A stretch of DNA of 64,000 nucleotides, from assembly GCA_030324005.1 (NCBI GenBank), contig JARDVH010000099.1, positions 21,728,265 to 21,792,264 of the forward strand, given 5' to 3'. Every line of letters begins with the position of its first letter. Position 1 is the stretch's first letter. The notes under the pieces were generated by a model. The model saw only the letters and a list, made by a program, of their open reading frames with translations. It did not search any database and was not told the origin of the DNA. Below, piece by piece: positions 51,201 to 64,000 of this stretch. The translations under genes and the position numbers were made by a program. Origin of the DNA: Negaprion brevirostris (taxonomy: Eukaryota).

Positions 51201-51584
51201 TGATTAAAGTAGACCTTGAAAGTTATATCCAGGATAATCAGCCAAAGGATTTGAGAAGAATTTCCCAGTAACTTCCTTTTATAGGCAAACAGGCAACTGT
51301 TTCCCTTATAAAGAAAAATAGGATTTTCATGACTTTAGGATATTCTAAAGAACTTTAAAGGCAATGAATTTAAGTATAGTTACTGTTGTAAAACGTAGAA
51401 AAAGTTCTGGATGCTGTTTCTGGACAATAGCCCAAAATGTCCCAAAGCTTGCAACCATCACCATTGTTGTAGGCTTCATAGGCCTTCTTCTGAACAGCAC
51501 TGAGCATTGGACATATACCAGATGGGCTGCAGCGATTCAAAAAAATGGTGAACTTTACAAGACAATTATGTTTTGTAGTTCTGT

Positions 51585-51712
51585 AGAAAGATCATTTAGA
51601 TCCAAAACGTTAATTCTGTTTCTCTTCACAGATGCTGCCAGACTGGTCTAGTTTATCCAGCATTTTCTGATCTTAATTCAGATTTTCAGCATCCACTGAA
51701 CTTTGCTTTTAT
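51585..51712 (+). mobile_element. Penelope-type short tail (second family)
   Basis: AAACGTTAATTCTGTTTCTCT.CACAGATGCTGCCAGAC...CAGATTTTCAGCATC. Similar copies at 63060-63185 and 10835-10965. Confidence 0.6.
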
Positions 51713-52114
51713 TTGGATGTTTGAAAGTGGCCCTTTAACTTAAAAAAACAACATTCTGAAAAGGGGAATGATGCATTTCTGATAAACACCTAAATTTGGA
51801 GACCTTACCATGTGATCTCAGATTACTATGGAGTGGGGAACTCAAATAGAAACTCACTGAGATGTCAAGTGACAGTTACAGCACCTGTTCACAGGAGGTG
51901 TGAAGAATGGGGGAAAAGGCTGCTGAAAAACTGTTTGTACTAATGATTGAACAGGATGTTTTTAAGGGTTCAATTTCTATTCAAAAGAAAGGGAACACAA
52001 TAGATGGGAATCTTGAAGAAATACTTTAAAACTTAAATATTATTACTCAAATATTTGGTTGGATTTTTCTAGCTGTTTATGAATAGTAGCGTGTATGTAG
52101 GTGCATGTATAAGG

Positions 52115-52281
52115 ATCTACCTTATATTTACCTGATCTTTCTCTACACCCTAGCTATGACCGTAACACTATATTTTGCACCTTCTCCTTTCCTTATGTAT
52201 AGTATGCTTTATCTGTAAAGAAACAATATTTCTCATCGTATACTAATACATGCAACAATAATAAATTAAATCAAATCAAAG
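52115..52281 (+). mobile_element. Rex1 3' UTR fragment
   Basis: Reverse complement of 13058-13215, with an (AAATC)n tail. Confidence 0.75.
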
Positions 52282-52929
52282 ATGTTGGGAGGGAGAAATC
52301 ACATTCCAATCCCTGATTTTTCTGGAACCTCAAAGTGGGACATCATTCCAAAAGCCAGTAATATGTTTGGCAGGTTCCTTTCTCATTTTCAGTGCACTAT
52401 TCACTTCTTGCTTACCCAGATAAACTTGGAGAAGTACCATTTAGAACTTGGCATCATTGGGTTAGGTAATCGATTCTATCTAGTCCTACTTGTAATATAA
52501 TGTTTGTGGATTTAGCAATAAATTGATTTGTAATGTGATGCCTAGAAACTAAGCAATAGTAACATTTTGTCTTTGAAAGGAGGGGCTAATTGAAATTATA
52601 GTACTAAGCCTGCAAATGCTAGGTTCCTATTACTGACACAAAGCAAATCAACCTTTAAAAGGATGAATTTTAATATTTGAAGATAGGCCTTCTGAAACTA
52701 GTTATATTTATGTGCTTTATTCCTATTAGTCTTTGGATTGACAAACAATACACAGTGAGTGATACAGAGTCTAACAGATCATGAAGGCCTCCACCTGCAC
52801 TGAGTTAACTCACCTTAACAAAGTAATTTAGTGCCTCAAAGTCCATTTGGCTAAGATGGGGAAATAAGAAACTGGTGTGGCTTCCTNNNNNNNNNNTCCT
52901 AATTTTTGAAAATATGTTGTGTAAGAACA

Positions 52930-54878
52930 TGTACATGTATGAACATGAGGAGGCTCCACAAATATCCCCATTCTCAATGATGGAGAAGCCCAGCACATCA
53001 TTGCAAAAGGTAAGGCTGAAGTATTCACAGCAATCTATGGCCAGAAATGCTGAGTGGATGATCCATCTCGGCCTTCTCCAGTGGTCCCCAGCATATCAGA
53101 TGCCAGTCTCCTGCCAATTTGAGTCACTCCATGTAATATCAAGAAATGGTGAAGGCACTGGATACCGCAAAGGCAATGGGCCCTAATAATATTCTGGCAA
53201 TAGTATTGAAAACTTATGCTCCAGAACTTGCAGCACCCCTAGCCAAATTCTTCCAGTAGTGTTACAACACCAGCATCTACCCAACAATGTGGAAGATTGC
53301 TCATGTATGTCCTGTATACAAAAAGCAGGACAAATCCAGCCCAAACAATTACTGATGATTGAGAGTAGACTGATTGGGCAGTAAAGTGATGAAAGGGGTC
53401 ATTGACTGTGCTATCAAGCAACACCTGCTCAGCAATAATCTGCTCAGTGATACCCAGTTTGGGTTTTGCCAGGGTCACTCAGCTCCTGACCTCNNNNNNN
53501 NNNNNNNNNNNNNNNNNNNNNNNNNNNNNNNNNNNNNNNNNNNNNNNNNNNNNNNNNNNNNNNNNNNNNNNNNNNNNNNNNNNNNNNNNNNNNNNNNNNN
53601 NNNNNNNNNNNNNNNNNNNNNNNNNNNNNNNNNNNNNNNNNNNNNNNNNNNNNNNNNNNNNNNNNNNNNNNNNNNNNNNNNNNNNNNNNNNNNNNNGAGG
53701 TGAGGTAAGAGTGACAGCCCTTGACATCAAGGCCACATTGGACCGAGAGTGGTGTCAAGGAGCACTGGCAAAATTGGAATCAATAGGTTTCGGGGGGCAA
53801 ACGTACTGCTGGTTCAAATCATGTCTGGTAAATAGGAAGATGATTGTGGTTGTAGAGGGTCAGTCATCTCAGCTCCAGGACATCGTCACAGGAGACCCTC
53901 AGGGTAACGTCCTCGGCCCAACAATCTTCAACTGCTTCATCAATGACCTTCCCACTGTCAGAAGGTCAGAAGTGGGGGCATTTGACGATGATTACACAAT
54001 GGTCAGCACAATTCGCGTGACTCCTCAGATACCGAAGCATCCATGTTCAAATGCAACAAAATCTGGACAATATCCAGGCTTGGACTGACAAGTCGCAAGT
54101 AACATTCGCACCACACAAATGCCAGATAATGACCATCAACAATAAGAGACACTCTAACCAACGCCCCTTGACATTCAATGGTGTTACCATCACTGAATAT
54201 CCCATTGTCAACATGCTTGGGGTTACCATTGATCAGAAACTCAATTGGACTCACCGCATTAACATAGTGGCTACAAGAGCAGGTCAGAGGCTAGGAATAC
54301 TGCAGCAAGTAATTCACCTCCTGACTCCCCAAAGCCCATCCATCATCTACAAGGCACAAGTCAGGAGTGTGATGGAATACTCCCCACTTGTCTGGATGGG
54401 TACAGCTCCAATAACATTCAAGAAGCTTGACACCATCCAGGACAAAGCAGCCAGCTTGATTGGCACCACATCTACAAGCATCCACTCCATCCACCACTGA
54501 TGCTCAGTCGCAGCAGTGTGTACTATCTACAAGATGTACTGTAGCAATTCACCGAAGTTCGTTAAACAGCATCTTGCAAACCCATGACCACTTACATCTA
54601 GAAGGACAAGGGCAGCAGATGTATGGGAGCATCACTAGCTGCAAGTTCCCTCCAAACCACTCACCATCTTAACTTGGAAATATATCACCATTCCTTTGCA
54701 GTCGCTAGGTCAAAATCCTGGAATTCCCTCCCTAACAACATTTGGATCAACCCACAGCACATGGACTACAGAGGTTCAAGAAGGCAGCTCACCACCATCT
54801 TCTAAAGAGCAACTAGGGATAGGCAATAAATGCTGGCCAATCAGTGAAACCCATATCCCATGAATGAATAAAAAAAAA
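52930..54878 (+). mobile_element. CR1/L2-group LINE distinct from the HER1-like family, 5'-truncated
   Basis: LLSDTQFGFCQGHSAPDL; VTALDIKATLDREW; GDPQGNVLGPTIFNCFINDL; AFDDD; YKAQVRSVMEYSPLVW; tail CCCATGAATGAATAAAAAAAAA. Confidence 0.88.
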
Positions 54879-57800
54879 GTATGAACAGCATTTGGTTCAG
54901 TTTTGATATTTTCCGCAGTCAAACAGCCTTCCAACACTCATCATCAAAAGTACATATTCAGAATACACACTTGACAAGATAACAGAATTTGCTAGCCCTT
55001 GCAGGACTGTCTTCAGAAGAACAAAGCAAAGTGTGAAAAAGGGTAAACAGAATACAAAGACCCTCTTTCTAAGGCGAGAGAACTGTAAAGTTCAAGAAAG
55101 AACGGGTGCACTCTTATATTATTCTCGATCTAATCAAAGGACTTTGGAATTTGTCCTGTCCTAATATTATTGCCATGTGCAGTCAGTCATCATTCATTAT
55201 TTCCTGAACGTAGCATTTTTAAAAAATGTTTAAATCCTTCTATTAAACATTAGAAATTTCATTGTAAGAAATGACATCTGAAGAAAAATTCAGGAAGCAT
55301 TTTGAATGATTTATGTGAACTTAATGGCCAGATTGTGCAAAAACAAGGTGATATACTGAAGGTATAAAATTAGCAGCTGTTGTGTCTCAGAAAAACGCAT
55401 TTAATATCACGATTTAAACCACAGTACCACAAACAAGAAAGAGCAACAGATACATATAATAAGGTTCCAACTAAATGCACACCCCTCATATTAAATTTAG
55501 ATTTATGTATACATATGTAATTTCCCTCTTATTTAACTTTCAATTTTTATTTTATTTTAAGATAAGATCATAAGAAAAGGAGCCCATCATGTCAGTTAAA
55601 TATGATCAAGGCCAATCTGATTGTGGCTTTCACATCATTTTCTTGTCTGTCCCTCATAACCCTCGACTCCTGTGTCAATCAAAAAAAAAATCTGTGGAAC
55701 TCAGTTTTGTAGGAAGTGCTCTCAGCTGCAGAAACTGGAGCTCCAGCTTTCAAAGCTTGAGCAGTGGCTGGAGACACTGGCGTGTATCAGTGAGGCTGAA
55801 AGTTATGTAGATAGCATGTTTAGAAAGGTAGTCACACCAAAGCTCAAGGGACTGGAGGAAAGAAGGATGACCACCAGGCAGTCCAGGAGGAACAAGTAGA
55901 TAGTGCAGGAGTCCCCTGGGGTCCCATTCACTAATCGGCATTCTATTTTGGAAGCTGATGATGTACTTCAGAGAAGTGCAGTCAGAGTCAAGCTTATGGC
56001 ACCACAAGTGGCTTGATTGTACAGTGGGGAGGAAGACGAAAGGAAAGGCAATAGTGATAGAGGATTGATTAGTCAGGGGAGCAGATAGGCATTTCTGTGG
56101 CTGTATATTTGACTCCAGGACAGTGTGTTGCTTCCCCTGTGGCAGGCGTTAATGAATGGCTGCAGGACATTCTGAAAGGAGAGGGTGATGAGTCAAAGGT
56201 CATGATACATGTTGGCACCAACGATACAGGCAAAGTGAGGAATGAGGTCTTGCATCAGGAATTTAGGGATCTAGGCAGTAGAGCAAAAAGTAGGACATCA
56301 ACAGTTGTAATCTCTGGATTATTCCCAGTGCCAAATGCGTGAGTATAGAAGTAGGAAAATGGGGCAGATGAAAGTGTGACTCAAGAGTTGGTGCCAGAGG
56401 GAAGGTTTTAGATTCCTGGATCACAGGGATTGTTTCTGAGCAAGGTGAGATGTGTACAAACAGGACAGTCTGCACCTGAACCACATTGGGGTCAACATAC
56501 TTGCCAGTAGGTTCGCTAGAGCTATTCAGAGGAGTTTAAACTAGTCTAGCAGGAGGAGGGAACACAGAACAAAATAGAGACACATCATGCTGTAATAAAG
56601 GAAGCAAGTCAGAGTGAGTTCAGCTATGTTGAGTGTCAAGAGAGTAAAGTTGAGGCTGGATGGTCTTTATTTTAATGCTAAGAGTGTAATAGGTAAGACT
56701 GATGAGTTAAGGGCATGGATTGAGACATGGAAGTGTGATATTGTTGCCATCACAGAGACATGGTTGAAGGAAGAGCAGGACTTGCAGCTCAACATTCTGG
56801 GGTACAGGATCTTAGGTGAGACAATGGAGAATGTAAAAAGGGAGGTGGTGTAGCACTATTAAGTAGTAAATTACTGCAGTAAGGAGAGATGACATCTTGG
56901 AAGGGTCTTCAAACAAAGCTTTGTGGCTAGAACTTAGAAATATAAAGGGTACAGCCACATTACTGGGAGTGTGTAATAGGCTCCCAAAGAGTCAGCAGGA
57001 AATAGAGGAGCAGAAATGAAGTCAGTTCACTGAGGTGAATAAGAATAATATTCGGGTAATTATACTAGAAGATTTCAACTTTCCCAAAATAAATTGGGAT
57101 ATTCATATTGTAAAGGGTTTAGAGGGGGTGGATTTCTTGAAATGTATTCAAGGGGGTTTTTGTTTCAAATATACCAGGCCCAACAGGATGAAGCAGTGCT
57201 GGATTTCGTTCCAGGAAGCAAAGCCAAACAAAGCCTCAATGTGGTAGTGGGGGACCATTTTAGTAATTGCGACCACAACACAATATGCTTCAAATTTGTT
57301 ATGAACAAGGAGAACAAAATGATCTGCCAAAGACAGCTTTGGATTAGGGGAAGGCAGATTTTATTAAAATAAGGCAGGATCTGGCCAAAGTTGACTGGAA
57401 ACACATACTTGCAAGAAAGTCTACGGCAGAGCAGTGGGGGACATTCAAAAAGGAACTGGGTACAGGTCTAACATGTTCCCTAGAGGGGGACATGTAGTAG
57501 CGGTAAGTTCAGGGAACTGTGGATGTCTAGGACAATTCAGGACTGAATATGGAAGAAAAGAAGAATTTTTAGAAAGTCCAAAGTCGCAATTCAGCTGTGG
57601 TCTTATAAGAATTTAGGAAGGAAGGAATTTAAGAAGGAGGAGGGAATTTAAGAAAGCAAATAGAAGAGCAAAAAGTGGCATGAAGTAAGAACTTGTGAAC
57701 AAGATTAGAGAGAATCCTAAGACACTTTACAAAGTCATTAAGGGGGAAGGGGTTAACCAGGGAAAGAGTCGAGCCCATTAGAGACCAACAGGCAATGTGT

Positions 57801-58453
57801 GTGGGAAGCCACAGGATGTTGGAGCGGTGTTAAATACTTCACTCAGGCAGAGGAGAATATATGTATAGAATTCAGGAAAATGGACTGTGAGGAACTTGCA
57901 CAGTTTGACATTGGAAATGAGGAGGGGTTGGAAGCTCTGACAGTCCTAAAATTGGACAATCCCCAGGTCTGGATGAATTGCATGCCAGACCGCTGTAGGA
58001 GGCAAGGAGAGAAATTGCAAGGGGTCTGATACAAATCTGTAATTTCTCTCTGGCCACGGGGGAAGTACCAGAAGACGGGAGGATGGTTAATGTGGTTCTA
58101 CATTTCAAGAAGGGCAATAGAGATAAACCTGGAAATTACTCTCCGATGAGTTTCAAGGTAGTGGTGGGAAAACTATTGGAGAAAATTCTGAAGGAGAGAA
58201 TTAATCTCCACTTGGAAAGGCATGGGTTAATAAAGGATAGTCAGCATGGCTTTGTCAGAGATCATGCTTAAAAATTTTGTAGAAGTTTTCAAAAACATGA
58301 TTGAATGTGTGGATGAGGCAAGTGCAGTTGACGATGTAGTTTACATTAATTTTAGCAAAGCCTTTGACAAAGTCCCACATGGTAAACTGATCGAGAAGGT
58401 TGAAACATATGGAATTCAGAGAAACTTGGTGAGATGGATCTGGCTTAGTAATA

Positions 58454-58738
58454 GGGTAGCACGGTGATTAGCATTGCTGCCTCACAGTGCCAGGGACCCA
58501 GGTTCAATTCCTGGTTTCGGTCACTGTCTGTGCAGAGTCTGCACATTCTCCCCGTGTCATCATGGGTTTCCTTTGGGTGCTTGGGTTTCCTCCCACAGTT
58601 CAAAGGTGTGCAAGTTAGGTGCATTGGCTATGCTAAATTCTCCCTCAGTTACCCAAACATGTGCCCGGTTGTGGCAACGAGGAGATTTTCACAGGAACTT
58701 CTTTGCAGTGTTATTGTAAGCCCACTAATAAATAAACT
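58454..58738 (+). mobile_element. HE1-like SINE inserted in the CR1 RT
   Basis: GGGTAGCACGGTGATTAGCATTGCTGCCTCACAGTGCCAGGGACCCAGGTTCAATTCC head. The CR1 text WLSNR|KQRVMV is continuous across it. Confidence 0.9.
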
Positions 58739-58834
58739 CAAACAAAGGGTGATGGTAAAAGGCTGTTTGAGTGATAGGAGGCTACTCAAACAAAAGTGTA
58801 CCACAAAGTTCGCGCTGGGAACCTTATTGTTTGT

Positions 58835-58860
58835 TATATATATATATATATATATATATA
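58835..58860 (+). repeat. (TA)13 microsatellite
   Basis: Perfect TA run. Confidence 0.95.
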
Positions 58861-59877
58861 AATGATATAGATGATAACGTGGAGGGAAATGGTAAGCAAG
58901 TTTGCAGACAACACCAAGATTGGTANNNNNNNNNNNNNNNNNNNNNNNNNNNNNNNNNNNNNNNNNNNNNNNNNNNNNNNNNNNNNNNNNNNNNNNNNNT
59001 AAGTGCAAGGTGATGCATTTTGGAAGAAGTAACAAGACAAGGGATTATTTAGTAAATGGCAGGACACCAGGAAGCTCAGAGGAACAGATGAATCTTGGGG
59101 TATTTATTCACAGATCCCTGAAGGCAGCAGAGCAGGTAAATAGGATAGTTAAAGCACATGGGACATGTGCTGGAAAATGGATTTGTGCAACTTAATGTTA
59201 GTTATGGTCAGTGCAAACTCGATGGGCTTAAGAGCCTTTCCTGTGCTGTATGGCTCTATAAGTAGATATTCTATCATTAATATATTCAAGGCTGAGTTAC
59301 ATATTGAGCATTTCCGGGAGTCAAGGGGTATGGAAGCAGGTGGTAAAGTGGAGTTGAGTCAGAGTAGGCTTAATGAACTGTAACTATATAGTTGACTCCT
59401 GCTACTACTTCTTATGTCCTTAAAACTTCAAAGTCAAAATTATGTTTTTCAATTAAGTTGTGATTGCAGATGCCACCCTGCTGAGTTGACTTCCAGATTT
59501 TGCAATGTGTTTCTAAATACTGCTCCAAAGCCACCTTTAGACTTATATCTGAACCAATGTTTCTTTAAAACAAGGGTCACTATCCACTAAAATATGTTTG
59601 CAACTCTATCTTACAAAATAGGACAAAATGGAGAATATCTTGGATCATACTTGCTTGTTGAATTTTCATATTGTTTTAAACTGACAAGTAGAGGAACTGT
59701 ATACTCATTGATAGATAAAACACAATATATTTCTTATATGTTGCATTTAACTAAAAATCTTGCATTTTCAGACACCTCCACCATTACAATTTTTGGTAAA
59801 GTTTATATGCTAAAAGGTTAAAGAGGTATGTAAGCATTTATACTATCATGTAAACAATTACTGGTTATGAAATAGTT

Positions 59878-59980
59878 GGAAGTCTCACAACACCAGGTTA
59901 AAGTCCAACAGGTTTATTTTCGCAAATGCCACTAGCTTTCGGAACTGGCTGTTCCTTCGTCAGGTGGGCATCTCCACATT
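59878..59980 (-). mobile_element. Penelope terminal fragment with a minimal hammerhead-like core
   Basis: Minus strand: CTGACGA-A-GGAAC-AGCCA-GTTCC-GAAA (59963-59937). Confidence 0.75.
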
Positions 59981-60992
59981 ATGAAATAGTTGCACTGCTC
60001 AGCTATGACGTGAACATTTTGAACTTTTTTTCCAACTCTATCCTCTATATTCTTTTGTCCTTGTGCGTAGGTAGACCTTCTTTGTTTTATCCGTTGCTGA
60101 CTTTTTTAAAAATAAATAAATCAATTGTCCTTGAATTTATTTAATGTTAAATTTAAAACCTATGAGTGCGTTTTTTCCCTGCTGGTCTTTCTCAGTATTT
60201 GTTCCCAGATAAATAAACAGATGTTTCTCACTACCTGATAATTTGCTCCTTTTAAATTTATTGTCCTGCTGTTTCTTGAAAGTTAATGGCACTACCTGCA
60301 GTGCAAGGGAAGAATATTTCTATGCTGCCAGCCTTCCCTCTTACAACTCAATAGTTTCCGTTCTCCGACATAGAAAAGTAATTAAACATTACCCCACTGT
60401 CTGCCTGTTCTCTTACAATTCAATACTATATGCTCCACAAGATACAAGTGTAATTTTTCTTCCATTTTCTAATGCTTAAAGGTCTGCTGTTTGCCGAAGT
60501 CGCTTTTGCTCCTTTCTGATATGTAGATATATCTCCTTTGTTTTCAAAAATTAAATGCTATTTCCTGTTCAACCATTACATAATTATTTTCCCACTGGGA
60601 AGCTTTTCTCCTAAAATATAATAATGCAACCAGCTCAGTAGATTATAACTAATAGCCCACATCAATGGTACATGACATTAAAAAAAAAGATTCTGGGGAT
60701 ACATCAACAAACTACTAAAGACTTAGGTGACAAATACAAGAGTCAAATCTGTGCAAAGGCACACAAAATGATAGGAACGAAGAAATAACAAAGAGAATTA
60801 GCAAAGGTGAGAGGCAGAGAGGGCAGCAACATTGGGCACAGTATACCTGATTCCATTTCAGTGATGATCCAATAATGACAGAATGGTGTCCTTCAATTTG
60901 TACTGAATTATTCTATTAATACAACCAAATGCTGTTTGCTTTACTTACGACTTCTCTGCATTGGTTATGAACCATCAGTGAACTGTACGCAA

Positions 60993-62032
60993 AAGAAGTC
61001 TCACAACAACATCACGTTAAAGCCCAATAAGTTAATCTGCTTTCAAAGCGCTGCTCCTTCATCAGGTGAGTGGAGGTAGGTTCACAACCAAGGCATATAG
61101 AGGCAAAGACACAATTGCAAGATAATTACAGATTGGAATGTGAAGAATGATTGGAATGCGAGTCTTTACAGGTAATCANNNNNNNNNNNNNNNNNNNNNN
61201 NNNNNNNNNNNNNNNNNNNNNNNNNNNNNNNNNNNNNNNNNNNNNNNNNNNNNNNNNNNNNNNNNNNNNNNNNNNNNNNNNNNNNNNNNNNNNNNNNNNN
61301 NNNNNNNNNNNNNNNNNNNNNNNNNNNNNNNNNNNNNNNNNNNNNNNNNNNNNNNNNNNNNNNNNNNNNNNNNNNNAAGACACATCAAATCAAAATGTGA
61401 GTGTCAGGGTCTATAATGCACCTCGGCCCCTGCGGTGCCCAGTGGGCATGGAGACAATTCGGGATATCAGCGAGACCATGCAGACACTACAACAACGGAT
61501 GAATGGACACCGTGCAACAATCGCCAGGCAGGAGTGGTCCCTTCCAATCGGGGAGCACCTCAGCAGTCACAGGCATTCAGCCTCTGATCTCCGGGTAAGT
61601 GTTCTCCAAGGTGGTCTTCAAGACATAAGATGACGCAGAATCGCTGAGCAGAAACTGATAGCCATCTGCATGTGTGAGGATGGCCTTAAATCAGGATCTT
61701 CGGTTCATGTCACACTACTTGTAGCCCCCACCATACTGCCTGGGTTTGCAAAATCCTATGAACTGTCCTGGCTGGAGACAACTCATACCCCTTTAACCTA
61801 TTATCACCTCCCTCTCCAGGCACAGTATTTGTACCTGTAAAGACATGCATTCCAACCATTCATCACATTCCAATCTGTAATTATATTGCAATTGTGTCTT
61901 TGCCTATATATCTTTATGAACCTACCTCAACTCACCTGATGAAAGAGCAGCACTCTGAAAGCTCGTGATTTAACCNNNNNNNNNNGAGGCTTCTTACCGT
62001 GCCCACTCCACTCCAATACCGGCATCTCCACC
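60993..62032 (+). mobile_element. Penelope-like element: inverted terminal copy, GIY-YIG end and terminal repeat
   Basis: ISETMQTLQQRMNGHRATIARQEWSLPIGEHLSSHRHSASDLRVSVLQGGL matches YIGET..TL..RMNGHR...V.EHF...H (GIY-YIG). 61035-61145 is the reverse complement of ~61863-61965. Confidence 0.88.
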
Positions 62033-64000
62033 TCATATACACAGTAACACCTGGATCTCTTTTCTCCCAATCACTTCCACTATTCTTCCCTGGAAATTAA
62101 CGTATTCTGTATTGGTCCTGCCTATATTTTGCAAAGTCCTACCAATATTCATGACATTGCATTTATTTATGTTAAATAACATTTGACATTATTTATCTAT
62201 TTCCCACATGCATCTCTTTGCATTCGATTGTAATTCTTTACAGTGTTAACCCTTGCAAATGTANNNNNNNNNNNNNNNNNNNNNNNNNNNNNNNNNNNNA
62301 GATCATCAAAAAAGTAGGCAAATTTAGAAAACAGAAGGTAATTTGTAACATGCATTCAGGCTATCCACAAAGATATTAGAAGTAAAACCAATCTAAAGTA
62401 AGAAACAACAATTGGCAAACCGCCGTTCCTTTTAAGTGAAAAATAATAAGACATTTTGGATGGTGAAGAAAAATTATAAGTGCTTTACAATCCGAAAAAA
62501 GCTGCAGAAGAATTTTGCTGCCAGTATAAAAGTTACCAGCTTTAAAACAGCAATCATTGACACACACTGTGCCACTGCTCTATTACCGATGCGTGAACTG
62601 TCCAGTTGAGGATGAGCAGAAACTTCTTTCAGTTAAATACTTGGAAGAATTCAGCTCCGGCCACAAAATACACGCTGTTCGCAATCTCAGAATTCTATCT
62701 GACCCCGAGCTGAAGTCCTGAAACGCATCCTAAGGCTGCAATCATCCAATCCAGCTGGTGATGCACTTTCCACCGCTCTAAATGACCAGTTAGCTGGAGA
62801 TGTGGAGACTAACACAGACGATTTTCAGGCGGAATTTGGACATTTTAAATAAACACCAATGAATATTTTGTTTCTTTTTCCCCCGCCCCCCCGAACATTC
62901 CCTAGGCATTAGAGACACCTTAGCTCGCTAAATGTGAACATTGAGAATGTAGTATCGGGGAACTCAACGGCATTTCCCCTTGCAGGAACAGAAAACTGCA
63001 AATGTTGTCTTTCCTGTCCTGGACATGTTGAAGCCAACAGTGCCATGAAAGGAACAGAGTCAAAAGGTCATTGACTTGAAATGTTGAGTCTGTTTCTCTT
63101 TCTCAGGATTGCTGCTTGACTTCAGCATTTTAAACATTTTCTTGTTTTATTTCAGATTTCCAGTAAAAAGTATTTTGCTTTTGTGTAGCTTGAAAAATCA
63201 CTGCTGCCTGACATTGATTAACTCGGGAGTCAGAACCTGTTATCTTCCTTGTTTGCAGGATTTAACTACTCACTAAATAAGCTTGCTGGACTGTCAGGAG
63301 CTCAGGGAATTTCCATGAACTCCTGTTAACGCAGGCAACTGAATAAAGAAAGTATCTTCCTGCCTCTTGCCTAATCAAAAGCAAAATGATTTTATTTCGG
63401 ACACAGAACTTCACGAATTGTTCCGAACCTCTGAGGATTACACTTGTGAAACTTTTTTTTAAACAGACAGTTCGGGGTTTTGCTCCTCATCTGGTCTCGG
63501 TTATTGAACACAGGACAAGCCAGTGGGACATTTCGCTACTTTAAAAGGGTGCTACAAAAGTGCATGTTATAGAATAAACCATCGTGTGGATTTGGACTTG
63601 CTAAGTTCGGGCAAATGTAAGAAGTTGTTATAAGAGTGAGACAGTGCTGAGAGAAAATGTTCTTAACCTCACACAGGTCCGAATAAGAGGGAGATTAGAA
63701 TAACCTATAGTCTGCGTTCATGTATGTGATCCAATGAATATTTAACTACTTACAATGGAATTTTTCATCATGGCTTTCACTGTGAAACCTTCAGTTACTC
63801 TATGGTCCTTCTTGGGTCTTTGATACATTGCCGCCAGAAGTTTCTGGTTGCCCTTTTCCTGTGCGTAGGCAGCTGGCATTTTATTTGTTGTGAGAGCAGA
63901 GTAGCAGTAAGACACCTCCTACTGAACAAATTTCGCTGTTGTTGTATTCCTCCTGCGGCGGCGGTTCTAACAAAATCTTGGTTGACAAACAGCTGCTGGT

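Larger units (their letters stand above)
55700..59420 (+). mobile_element. Long decayed CR1 LINE with ORF1 (Zn-finger/leucine zipper plus esterase) and ORF2 (APE, RT)
   Basis: CRKCSQLQKLELQLSKLEQWLETL; VMIHVGTNDTG; LYFNAKSVIGKTDEL...DIVAITETWL; ILEDFNFPKINW; FKKGNRDKPGNYSPMS; VYINFSKAFDKVPHGKL; KCKVMHFG. Confidence 0.92.

Overview
Repeat-dense vertebrate genomic DNA from a gapped draft assembly. It is most likely a cartilaginous fish (shark), inferred from HE1-like tRNA-derived SINEs, CR1/HER1-like LINE tails and shark-type Penelope termini. I could not support any intact host protein-coding gene. The window is a stack of decayed retroelements (CR1, Tx1, RTE, Rex1/Babar, Penelope, Gypsy) and Harbinger DNA transposons. 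The main feature is an ~11.2-kb endogenous retrovirus (34496-45697) inserted inside a Gypsy integrase. It has two LTRs, a 4-bp target-site duplication (TSD), a tRNA-His primer-binding site (PBS), a polypurine tract (PPT) and epsilon-like gag/pol. Its env is unusual: the cleavage site and fusion peptide lie near the start of the surviving env, followed by a long Cys-rich membrane-anchored subunit with no visible CX6CC or immunosuppressive domain. This layout resembles an F-type fusion protein more than a gamma-type Env. Other oddities are minimal hammerhead-ribozyme cores in Penelope ends, an inverted and a direct duplication that each span junctions between unrelated elements, and a 4.4-kb host-like block inside env. 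All family assignments come from motif recognition by eye; no database search was run and boundaries are approximate.
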